This document shows, piece by piece, positions 10,198 through 18,819 of a stretch of 64,000 bases of DNA. The notes below the pieces were generated by a model that made no database searches, was not told the origin of the DNA, and saw only the letters and a program-made list of their open reading frames with translations. Position numbers and translations under genes: made by a program. This DNA comes from an archaeon (GTDB taxonomy: Archaea; Nanobdellota; Nanobdellia; Pacearchaeales; GW2011-AR1): NCBI GenBank assembly GCA_043815245.1, contig JBDRJD010000034.1, positions 1,507 to 65,506 on the forward strand, read 5' to 3'. Within the stretch, counting starts at the first letter, position 1; the number at the start of each line of letters is the position of its first letter.

Positions 10198-11331
10198 ATG
10201 GTTAAGTTAAAGGAAGATAAAGTCTTATTCAGGCCTGAAGATGTCAAGCCTACTTCTGATGATTTTAAAGTGTTGGGGGTTTTCAATCCTGGTGCGATGA
10301 GGTTGAAAAGTGGTGAGGTGCTCCTTTATGTTAGAATTTGGGAGAAATTAAAAAAAGATTTTGATGGAAAGTTTTACTACTCCCCTAGGTGTGTAGGCAA
10401 GAAAGAATTGGAGATAAAGTTGGATCCAATTAAGAAAAATCTCGTTAGGAGGAGAGGAGATTTAGATTTTCTTTTTAAAGATGGCACTAAGAGGTTAAAT
10501 TATATTTCTCATTTAAGGAGAGTCTTGCTTGATAAGGACGGACTTAGTATAAGGGAGGTTGAGCAGACGCCTAGTTTTTTTGGATTGGAGGATGATGGGG
10601 AGTTTGGGATTGAAGATCCTAGGATTATCAAGATTGGGAAGAAGTATATAATGACTTATGTGAGTTTGTCCATGCAAGGTGGAATTTCTACTAGTTATGC
10701 GGTTTCTTCTGATTGTATGAATTGGAAGCGAAAAGGAATAATTTTTGAGCAGCAGAACAAGGACGTCATACTCTATCCCGAGAAGATTAATCGGAAATAT
10801 GTAGCAGTTCATAGGCCTGAAGGAAATTTTTCATTTACTCATCCACATATGTGGATTTGTTACTCTGATGATCTGGAAGCTTGGGAAAACCCCTCTTCGC
10901 TTAATATTGCTAAGAGGGGCAACTGGGACTCTGGAAGAGTGGGAGCAGGTCCGCCTCCAATTAAAACTAGGAGGGGGTGGCTTTTACTGTACCACGGAGT
11001 TGTTGAGACCAAAGATAGAAAGTATAAGAAGGCTTTTATTGATTATGCTAAGCGAATGTTGGAATCAAAATTTATTGATGGTTATTATGTGGGGGCTGCA
11101 CTATTTGATTTAAAAAATCCAGAGAAACTTATTGCCAAATCTCCTTTTCCTGTCTTATACCCTATGATGAGATATGAGAAAAGTGTGTTCGACCATAGGA
11201 AGATAATCTTTCCTTCTGGTCTTGTTCAGGATGGAAAAGATGTAATTGTTTATTCTGGAGGTGGTGACGGAGTGGTGAGTGCGAAAAAGATGGCTTTAGA
11301 AGAAATAATGAGGCAATTAAAAAGGGTTTAG
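10198..11331 (+). CDS. GH130-family glycoside phosphorylase/hydrolase (DUF377, beta-mannoside phosphorylase-like)
   Basis: Motifs GVFNPGAM, GIEDPRI, HRPEG, LLLYHGV. ATG at 10198 lies 5 nt after aaggagg; the ORF track start is a GTG at 10192. Confidence 0.7.
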   Translation: MVKLKEDKVLFRPEDVKPTSDDFKVLGVFNPGAMRLKSGEVLLYVRIWEKLKKDFDGKFYYSPRCVGKKELEIKLDPIKKNLVRRRGDLDFLFKDGTKRLNYISHLRRVLLDKDGLSIREVEQTPSFFGLEDDGEFGIEDPRIIKIGKKYIMTYVSLSMQGGISTSYAVSSDCMNWKRKGIIFEQQNKDVILYPEKINRKYVAVHRPEGNFSFTHPHMWICYSDDLEAWENPSSLNIAKRGNWDSGRVGAGPPPIKTRRGWLLLYHGVVETKDRKYKKAFIDYAKRMLESKFIDGYYVGAALFDLKNPEKLIAKSPFPVLYPMMRYEKSVFDHRKIIFPSGLVQDGKDVIVYSGGGDGVVSAKKMALEEIMRQLKRV

Positions 11332-12344
11332 GGGAGTAGGTTTTTGATTTCTTTAAGGTTAAGCTTGTAAGCGCGGACAAAAGAGTCATTTACATGGCAG
11401 AAAAGAATACCTTTATCTTTTTCTGTTTGAATAAAGTCTGAAGCAAAAGTTATTGTTGTAGCATCAGGATCTTCAAATAAATGTTTTTCTGAAATCCAAG
11501 GGATTTCGCCTGTCTGCGGATTGAAGAGGATTAGGCCTGGGCGAAATTTTCTATAAATTTTTTTATTGCTTATAATCTTTGATGGTTCTCTGCCATTTAT
11601 TATTCCAACCAATAAATTTTTATGTTCTCCTATAAATCTGCAGGGAGAAAGATGCCCTTTGCACCAATTGAATTTTTGTTTATGTGGGTCTAATAATATT
11701 TTTAAAAATTTCCACTCCTTACTAATATCTTCTATTTTTGAAAGAGTAATTATAGACCTGTCTTTATTTTCTTCATTTAACAATGCTTCATTTAAAGCAA
11801 ACCTTTCTTCTTTTGTTTTTACTGGAGAAATTGAACATTCTTTAAAGCCCGATATTTTTTGATCTTTAAGAGGACTTAGGGAAGGTGTAGTTGCAGTTAA
11901 ATTATCTAAAGAAGAACCTTGAGCATGCCCTAGAAAGACCTCATATCCCCATTTTTTCTTGTACTTAAATGCAATTGTGAAGTAAACATGCTTGATATCT
12001 TTTTCAACAAAAATATCTGGATCTTCCAACCCTATAAAATATTTATCATTTGAAGATAATTTTTTAATAAATTCTTTTATTCCATAAATTTTTAAATCAC
12101 CAACTTTTTTCCAGTTAAGTAAATCTAAGCTTGAAACAATTATTAGCTTTCCTTCATCAATAAATCCTGGGATGTCTACGTTTCCTTGGGAGTGTGTAAT
12201 TTTTCGAGCTAGGCCTAGTTTGATTTTATTTTTTAGAGTAGATTTGTCAGTAGAAAGGGACAGACATCTAATCTTAGGATTTACTTCGCCAAGAACCGGC
12301 TTTTCATAATAAGAAACCACCCTGTTTATTTTTTTCCATGACAT
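11328..12344 (-). CDS. Divergent 5-bladed-propeller glycosidase-like protein (GH130/DUF377-like)
   Basis: GLEDPDIF parallels the GIEDPRI motif of the neighbouring gene, and the length is similar. The assignment is weak. Confidence 0.4.
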   Translation of the reverse strand: MSWKKINRVVSYYEKPVLGEVNPKIRCLSLSTDKSTLKNKIKLGLARKITHSQGNVDIPGFIDEGKLIIVSSLDLLNWKKVGDLKIYGIKEFIKKLSSNDKYFIGLEDPDIFVEKDIKHVYFTIAFKYKKKWGYEVFLGHAQGSSLDNLTATTPSLSPLKDQKISGFKECSISPVKTKEERFALNEALLNEENKDRSIITLSKIEDISKEWKFLKILLDPHKQKFNWCKGHLSPCRFIGEHKNLLVGIINGREPSKIISNKKIYRKFRPGLILFNPQTGEIPWISEKHLFEDPDATTITFASDFIQTEKDKGILFCHVNDSFVRAYKLNLKEIKNLLP

Positions 12345-12374
12345 GAATACATTAAGGTGATAATACTTATAAAA

Positions 12375-13514
12375 CTAACTCAATCCCAGCTTTTGTTTTG
12401 TGATTTCAAGCATCTTTTTGGATGTAACTCTGTAATCTAAGTTTTGGACTACATGCTCTCTTCCTGCAAGGCCCATTTGTTTACACAGTGACTCGCTATT
12501 TAATAATCTTAATGTAAATTCCTGTAAGTCATTTATATCAGCGCGATAAGCAAATGTTTTAGGCGAGTTGAACTTTATAATCTGCTTTGTAGAAAATCCC
12601 ATAGAGGGATAGGCCCATTCTTCATCTAGTTTTATTTCTTCAGCAACTCTCGCAAGGAAGCCTGTTTTTTCATGAAGGATGGTTTCTGCTGGACCCCCTG
12701 CATTAATTGAGATTACTGGCTTGCCACATGCCATTGCTTCTACCTGTATCATTCCAAATCCTTCTATGCGTGATGGGGCAGCATAGATGTCGCATGCATT
12801 TATTACTTCTGCCATAAATTCTTGAGAAAATTCATCGTCTAAAAATACAACCTTATCTTGCAGGCCAAGCTCCTCAATTAATCTTTCTTCTTTTTCACGC
12901 CATTCATGTGCGCATTCACTTGGCCAAGACTTGCAGACATATCTCCAGTCTTTAAATTCTTTATTTACTAATGAGAGAGCGCGAAACATTTCTTGAGCGC
13001 CTTTTGAAGTTACATCTCCCCCAATTGTAAGAATCATTTTTTCACTGTCTTTCACCCCAAGCATTCTTCTTACAGCTAGCTTTCTTTCGGGGTCATTGAC
13101 TGGCTTAAACAAGTCTGTATCAATTCCTATATGTGCCGGATATATTTTGCTCACGTCTACGCCATCTCTTTCATAGATATCTCTTACCCATTTAGAAGTT
13201 GTAAACATTAAATCTAGGCTATTGAACTCTTGTTTGTAGTTGGCTACCCATCCGTCTGCATTAAACCATGGAACCGGCTTAACACCAAATTTTAAAGGTT
13301 CGCGAATTATTTGAGGAACATTGCCCCAAAAACCCACTCCAAAGGCGAAATCTGGCTTTGAGTGGCGAAGGTAGAATTCTTTTTGTACCCCGTTCCTGTA
13401 ATCACAGGGGATGGCTTCTACCCCGTTATGTAGTAACCCTTTGTAAAGCAAATCTCCTTGAAGGCTTACGCCGTCGTTTTCAACTGGATAAGGATAAAGC
13501 ACTAAGCAGCGCAT
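12375..13514 (-). CDS. GT4-family (group 1) glycosyltransferase
   Basis: C-terminal donor-binding motif EGFGMIQVEAMACGKPVI with a GT-B-like layout. Confidence 0.8.
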   Translation of the reverse strand: MRCLVLYPYPVENDGVSLQGDLLYKGLLHNGVEAIPCDYRNGVQKEFYLRHSKPDFAFGVGFWGNVPQIIREPLKFGVKPVPWFNADGWVANYKQEFNSLDLMFTTSKWVRDIYERDGVDVSKIYPAHIGIDTDLFKPVNDPERKLAVRRMLGVKDSEKMILTIGGDVTSKGAQEMFRALSLVNKEFKDWRYVCKSWPSECAHEWREKEERLIEELGLQDKVVFLDDEFSQEFMAEVINACDIYAAPSRIEGFGMIQVEAMACGKPVISINAGGPAETILHEKTGFLARVAEEIKLDEEWAYPSMGFSTKQIIKFNSPKTFAYRADINDLQEFTLRLLNSESLCKQMGLAGREHVVQNLDYRVTSKKMLEITKQKLGLS

Positions 13515-14092
13515 TTTAAGGCCTCTTTATCTTTAGATGATTTTACTTCAAAACTTTTTTTATCAAAGCCATAAACTTTATGGATGAGATTTTGTTTCAT
13601 ATTAAACTGAGGCGGTTTGAGATTTATAACTATATCTGCACTGGAATCTATATTACAAGAAGAACCTTTTCTGAGATATGAAAAGAAATAAAGCTTTTTA
13701 CACTTTAGTTTTTTTTCGCTAAGCATTTTTTTTACCGCCTTATGCACTTCAATGTGGCGGATATGTCCGTATTCTCCATTCTCCCCGTGTGTGAAAATAT
13801 AATCATATTTTTTCTTTTTGGTTATTGATTTTACTTTACTAATAATCTCTCTTAAATTAATAGGTTTTAATTTATCATCTTCTATATTAAACATGTAATC
13901 TTTAGCATTTAGTAGTTTGCATACTCTTTTGAATTTTGGTGCGCGGTCTTCGTCATTTCCCCTACACAAACTGATAATTGTCGTTTTCCACTTTGTTTTA
14001 TTCTTTAATAGTAATCCTCCAATCCAGATTGTTTCGTCGTCTGGATGAGCGACAATTACTAGCACTTTTTTCTTAAACATTTTTTTTTCCAA
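13502..14092 (-). CDS. LmbE / PIG-L family N-acetylglucosaminyl deacetylase
   Basis: Signature VLVIVAHPDDETIWIGG plus downstream His residues (HGENGEYGHIRHIEVH). Overlaps the GT4 gene by 13 nt. Confidence 0.75.
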   Translation of the reverse strand: MEKKMFKKKVLVIVAHPDDETIWIGGLLLKNKTKWKTTIISLCRGNDEDRAPKFKRVCKLLNAKDYMFNIEDDKLKPINLREIISKVKSITKKKKYDYIFTHGENGEYGHIRHIEVHKAVKKMLSEKKLKCKKLYFFSYLRKGSSCNIDSSADIVINLKPPQFNMKQNLIHKVYGFDKKSFEVKSSKDKEALKCAA

Positions 14093-14701
14093 TAATTGTT
14101 CAAGTTTTCTTTTGTTAGAGTTTGATTCATTTTTTCAATCAAATAATCAATCTCTTTCTTTGATAGATATTTTTTATAATTGTCTGGTTTTGCCCAGCCT
14201 TTTTTTCTAATTTGCTTTAAAACTTTATTTTTGTTTGATGTAATTTCAAGAACATCAATTAGCATTATTTCTCTATTTTCAATGCCTAAATTTGAGAATA
14301 ATTTAAATGTTTTTTCATGAATTCCATAAGACCAAAGTTTTAACAAAAATTTTGTAGTTTTATCTATTAATTTCAGTCTTTCTTTTTCATTCAATTTTTT
14401 TAAGAATTCACTTAAGGGAATAACTTTTTTTTGTTTTATTTTCCCCCCATTTATAAATTCCAAATCTGCCAAATATTTCTTAGGGATTTTTGATTTTTTT
14501 ACTATACTTTCAGAATTTTTTATATCTAAAATAATTTTATCTGTTTTTTTTTTCCAAATCTCCAAGTTTATTTTTCCATCTCAGGAATTTTTCAACTTCT
14601 TCTTTGATTTCTTCCCTACTCTTTGGAGTTTTAATGACATAATTGTCATATAAATCAACCCAACATTGCCAGCCACCTAGTCTTTTCCTTTTGTATTCCA
14701 T
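14059..14701 (-). pseudogene. Small kinase-like protein split by a frameshift in an A10 run (T10 at 14544-14553 on the + strand)
   Basis: ATG at 14701 opens a 54-codon ORF (MEYKRKRLGGWQCWVDLYDNYVIKTPKS..) that stops at 14537. The 168-aa ORF (14565..14059) continues in another frame. Removing one A joins them (..NKLGDLEKKTDKIIL..). The N-terminal G-x-G...VIK pattern suggests a protein-kinase-like fold, but only weakly. Confidence 0.45.
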
Positions 14702-14743
14702 GTTGACAGCAAGGTTTATAATTAGTTAAATCTTTTGATTATT

Positions 14744-15583
14744 ATGAAGGTGATAAAAGAGGTTGTAGCTCCGGTTAGAATTGACTTTGCAGGGGGGACT
14801 ACAGATATAAGGCCATTTACATTTGATCACGGGGGAGCTGTACTGAATGCAACTATTAATCATTATGTTTCTGGAAAACTTTTAGCTAGTGATAAAGGGG
14901 TTGGTTTAAATTATCATGCAAATGTTCCTACTTCTTCTGGACTAGGGACCAGTGGGGTGATGAATCTAGTATGGCTAGCTTTAATTTCACAATACAAAGA
15001 CAAAATCAAACTTGCTGAAAATGTTTATAATCTAGAGCAGGCCACTGGATTAGTTGGGGGGAAGCAAGATCAGTATGCAGCTGCTGTTGGGGGAATTAAT
15101 TTTTTTGAATTTAAAGGTGATAGTGTAAAAGTGATTCCCCTTAATTTGGATAAGAAAACAATTAAGGAGTTAGAGAAAAAACTAGTCTTGGTCTATACTG
15201 GTGCACATTATTCTGGTATGTTAAACAAGTTGTCAATTGATAATCTTTTAAAGGGTAAGAATACAAATAGCTTGCTTAGAATTAAAGAGATTGCTTATCA
15301 AATGAAAAATGCGCTTTTACAGAATAAGCTTCTTAGTTTTGCTGAGCTTATGGATGAAGAAACAAAAGCTAGAAAGAAACTGCATAAATCTATTGTTCCT
15401 ATGAGTACTGAAAAGATGATTTTAAAGGGTAAGAAAAACGGAGCTATTTCTGCGAAAGTGTGTGGGGCAGGCGGTGGAGGGAGTGTATTGTTTTTTGCTG
15501 AAGATAGAAAGAAATTAGAGAGAGCATTTAAGGAAAGTGTAATTGACTTTAAATTTGAATTTAAAGGGCTAAGATTTCTTTAA
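14744..15583 (+). CDS. GHMP-family sugar kinase (HddA/fucokinase-like anomeric kinase)
   Basis: VAPVRIDFAGGTTDI and GHMP motif II NVPTSSGLGTSGV, then CGAGGGGS. ATG at 14744 lies about 25 nt after ggtttataatt; the ORF track start is a TTG at 14735. Confidence 0.7.
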   Translation: MKVIKEVVAPVRIDFAGGTTDIRPFTFDHGGAVLNATINHYVSGKLLASDKGVGLNYHANVPTSSGLGTSGVMNLVWLALISQYKDKIKLAENVYNLEQATGLVGGKQDQYAAAVGGINFFEFKGDSVKVIPLNLDKKTIKELEKKLVLVYTGAHYSGMLNKLSIDNLLKGKNTNSLLRIKEIAYQMKNALLQNKLLSFAELMDEETKARKKLHKSIVPMSTEKMILKGKKNGAISAKVCGAGGGGSVLFFAEDRKKLERAFKESVIDFKFEFKGLRFL

Positions 15584-17796
15584 ACCCCTCTTATTTTAGC
15601 TTCTTCTAAGAATAAGCGAGCCATTAGGTATGAGATGGTTGATTCTGCTCCCTGATTTAAGTTTATAGATTCTTTTGAAAGCCCGTCATAGCAACCACCT
15701 GTAGACTCGTTGTAGACCATCTGGTTTAGGTAGTTTTTTCCAAGAAACCAGTTAAATGAAAGAACTGCTTTTTGATAGTACTCTCTTTTTTTAGTAGTAT
15801 AATAAGCAATCAAATAAGTCTGAGCCATGGCCGATGCATCAACTGGTTGTTGGTCAAAGAATGCTCTTTCACCACTTCTCTTGTACCATCCGTTCTGTCC
15901 TATTGGAGCTAGTTTCCCTTCTATGAAGACCATATCAGATAAGAAGTTAAGTGTTTTTTCTGCTATTTCCAGGTATTTTTCATTTTTTGTAAGCCTATAT
16001 GCAAAAAATAGGGCTTCAGGAATTTTTGAGTTCGCATAAGTAAGGCTCTGCTCAAACCAGTGCCAGTTTTCTGATGTTTCTCTTTCATATAGTTCGACTA
16101 GTTCATCAGCAATGTTTTTTATTTTTGTGAGAGCTTCTTGATTTGGATTTTTTTTGTAATAGTAATAAAGGCCCACTAAGGAAAACGCTTTTGATCTTGG
16201 GTATTTTAGCTTTTCTACATGCTTGTAGGATTTACTAAACATTTCTTCTGCTTTTTGTGCCAGTTCCTGGTTTTTACTCTTACTTATTGTAAAACCTAGG
16301 GCCCAAAGCGCCCTACCAAATGCGTCTTCACTATCGCATAGAACCTTATTATCTTTTATGATATTATTGAACCACCCTTCACTGTCCTGGCTGTTCTCTA
16401 GAAAATTTAAATATGTTTTAGCTAGTTTTAGGGAGTTTTTGGATTTGAAGAGATTGCTATGTAGAACTGTGGCGATTAGTGCCCTTGAATTATCATCCAC
16501 TGTGTAACCTGATTCCTTATCTGGGGTGGTGAGTTTTGAGAATTGTATTATTCCGGTTTCATCTGTCAGATTATTTAGGTGGCGTAGTCTTACATAAGGG
16601 AATTTTTTAGTTGTGTCTTCCCTTAACTGTGTTATTTGGTTGAATATTCTTAGGTAACCTGTTGCTACATTTTGCCATATCATCTGGCGGGAAAAAGAAT
16701 AAGCATTTTCTCTTAGTTTATCTGCTAGAGATTTATCTGTAAGTATTTTATCAATTGCTCTTGTATATGAATTTGGATTCTTAAACTCTACAACTATCCC
16801 CCGTTCTTTTGCAAGGACTTCTTCTGCATAAATTGATGGTGTGGAAATGATTGCGGCACCACATCCCATTGCGTAGGATAGAGTGCCCGAGACTATTTGG
16901 TCTGGATCGTTATTTGTGCAGACATAGATATCACTGGCTTTAAGATACTCGGTTATCTCTTGCAAGGTTAGATATTTGTTGTAAAACTTTACGTGATCTT
17001 TTAATCCTAGTTTTTTTACTAAACTCACAAGTGAGTTTCTGTATGTCTCTCCTTCCTCCCTTCTTACATTGGGGTGAGTCTCTCCCACTATTAAATATAA
17101 AAGATTGGGATATTTTTTTACTAATGGTGGAAGGGCCTTGATCATATATTCTACTGCTTTGTTTCTGCTCAAAAGCCCGAATGTTAAGATTACATCTTTT
17201 CCCTCTAGCTTAAGATGTTTTTTTGTAATGGAACTATCTTGGAGGGGCATATCTGGAATTCCGTGATAAACTAGATGTATTTTTGAGGGGTCTGCTTCGT
17301 ATTCTCTTTCAAGGATTTCAATAGCTTTTTCAGCCATTACCACTACTCCCGCAGATTTTTCGCAGATGTATTGGACTATTCTTTTCCTAACTTTATCTGG
17401 ATCTGGTAGTACACTGTGAAATGTTGTTACGACTGGTTTTTCAATTGTTTCCATAAATGGGACTAGATAACTTCCGTATTCTCCTCCAAAAATTCCAAAC
17501 TCGTGCTGAATACAGACTATTTTTATTTCATCTGAATTATTTATTCTTTTTGCGAGATTAATAAACTCCTCTATATCTTCCCGATTTGCTTCAAGAATCA
17601 CTTTTTTGTTATAATGATAGACACATTCCTCGTCGTTAAGAGCGATTATGCGTGATTTTAAGCGAGGGTTCCATTTTTTATTCATAGCTGTGGCTAGGTC
17701 TTTTGTGAATGTTGCTATCCCACACTCTTTTGGAGGATAGTTCCCTAGAAAGCAACAGATTTTAGTAGGATCTGTCTTAGTCCTCTCTTTTGTCAT
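15580..17796 (-). CDS. Fusion protein: N-terminal GT4 glycosyltransferase + C-terminal six-hairpin-like domain
   Basis: The first ~390 aa look GT-B/GT4 (HEFGIFGG, CGAAIISTP). The last ~340 aa have alpha/alpha-barrel-like motifs (DDNSRAL, FGRALWALG). Confidence 0.6.
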   Translation of the reverse strand: MTKERTKTDPTKICCFLGNYPPKECGIATFTKDLATAMNKKWNPRLKSRIIALNDEECVYHYNKKVILEANREDIEEFINLAKRINNSDEIKIVCIQHEFGIFGGEYGSYLVPFMETIEKPVVTTFHSVLPDPDKVRKRIVQYICEKSAGVVVMAEKAIEILEREYEADPSKIHLVYHGIPDMPLQDSSITKKHLKLEGKDVILTFGLLSRNKAVEYMIKALPPLVKKYPNLLYLIVGETHPNVRREEGETYRNSLVSLVKKLGLKDHVKFYNKYLTLQEITEYLKASDIYVCTNNDPDQIVSGTLSYAMGCGAAIISTPSIYAEEVLAKERGIVVEFKNPNSYTRAIDKILTDKSLADKLRENAYSFSRQMIWQNVATGYLRIFNQITQLREDTTKKFPYVRLRHLNNLTDETGIIQFSKLTTPDKESGYTVDDNSRALIATVLHSNLFKSKNSLKLAKTYLNFLENSQDSEGWFNNIIKDNKVLCDSEDAFGRALWALGFTISKSKNQELAQKAEEMFSKSYKHVEKLKYPRSKAFSLVGLYYYYKKNPNQEALTKIKNIADELVELYERETSENWHWFEQSLTYANSKIPEALFFAYRLTKNEKYLEIAEKTLNFLSDMVFIEGKLAPIGQNGWYKRSGERAFFDQQPVDASAMAQTYLIAYYTTKKREYYQKAVLSFNWFLGKNYLNQMVYNESTGGCYDGLSKESINLNQGAESTISYLMARLFLEEAKIRGV

Positions 17797-17897
17797 ACAA
17801 TGTAGTGGGATTTAAAGTTTATAATCTTTTCCCATTTAGTTAGATTTATAAGTTTCCTTAACTTTTATTTTTATAACAGTTATTAAAAGAGGTTAAG

Positions 17898-18776
17898 ATG
17901 AATATTGAAAAACAACTTACTGCGTTTCCTGAATTAATTGAACAGGCCCTAGTTATCAAGGATAAGGTTAAATTAGGGGGAATTAACAAGTTGGTAATTG
18001 CAGGCATTGGGGGGAGTGGAGTTGCTGGGGACTTGTTAAGAGATTATCTTATTGATAAAATTAAACTTCCAATTGTCACCGTTAAAAATACTATTCCAAT
18101 TGTGGACAGTAAGACGCTGGCTTTTGTTGTGAGCTATTCGGGGAATACTAGGGAGACAATTAATATTTATAAGGGATTAAAGAAACAGAAAGCTAAGATA
18201 GTTGTTTTTTGTTCTGGGGGTAAGCTTTTGAATACAAAAGAAAAAAAGATCATGATCCCTAAAGGATATGAGCCGAGGATGGCTATTTCATTTCAGTTTT
18301 TTGCAATGTTAAAACTTTTGGGAATAAATGAAGATGCGGAAGATGTTTTAAAAGTAGTTAAGGAGTTTGATGAAAAAGATGCCGAAGATATTGTGGAGGA
18401 TATTGTCGGCATGATTCCTGTTATTTATGCTTCTAACGAGAAACTAAAGACTCTGGCTTATAAGTGGAAGACTGATTTTAATGAAACTGCCAAGATTCCT
18501 GCTGTTTACAATTATTTTACTGAGATAAACCATAATGAAATTGAGGCTGAGCTTGATGACAATGAATTTTGCGTTTTATTTTTGGGCGAGGGGGATAAGG
18601 AGGTTGAGAAGGCCATGAAGTTTATTAAAGGAGATAAGATTATTTTAAGAGGTAAGACTGAACTTGGAAGACTCTTTTATGGACTCTTATTAGGGGAGTA
18701 TGTTTCCTATTATCTGGCTAAAATAAAGAAAAAAGATCCTGAGGCTACTCCGAGGATTGATCAGTTGCATGGCTAA
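17898..18776 (+). CDS. Bifunctional phosphoglucose/phosphomannose isomerase (archaeal PGI/PMI, SIS domains)
   Basis: 292 aa. SIS motif VIAGIGGSGVAGDL and SYSGNTRET. Size is typical of the crenarchaeal-type PGI/PMI family. Confidence 0.75.
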   Translation: MNIEKQLTAFPELIEQALVIKDKVKLGGINKLVIAGIGGSGVAGDLLRDYLIDKIKLPIVTVKNTIPIVDSKTLAFVVSYSGNTRETINIYKGLKKQKAKIVVFCSGGKLLNTKEKKIMIPKGYEPRMAISFQFFAMLKLLGINEDAEDVLKVVKEFDEKDAEDIVEDIVGMIPVIYASNEKLKTLAYKWKTDFNETAKIPAVYNYFTEINHNEIEAELDDNEFCVLFLGEGDKEVEKAMKFIKGDKIILRGKTELGRLFYGLLLGEYVSYYLAKIKKKDPEATPRIDQLHG

Positions 18777-18819
18777 GCTTTATTAAGGTAAATTTGTTTT
18801 TTAGTCTATAAAAAAGAGA

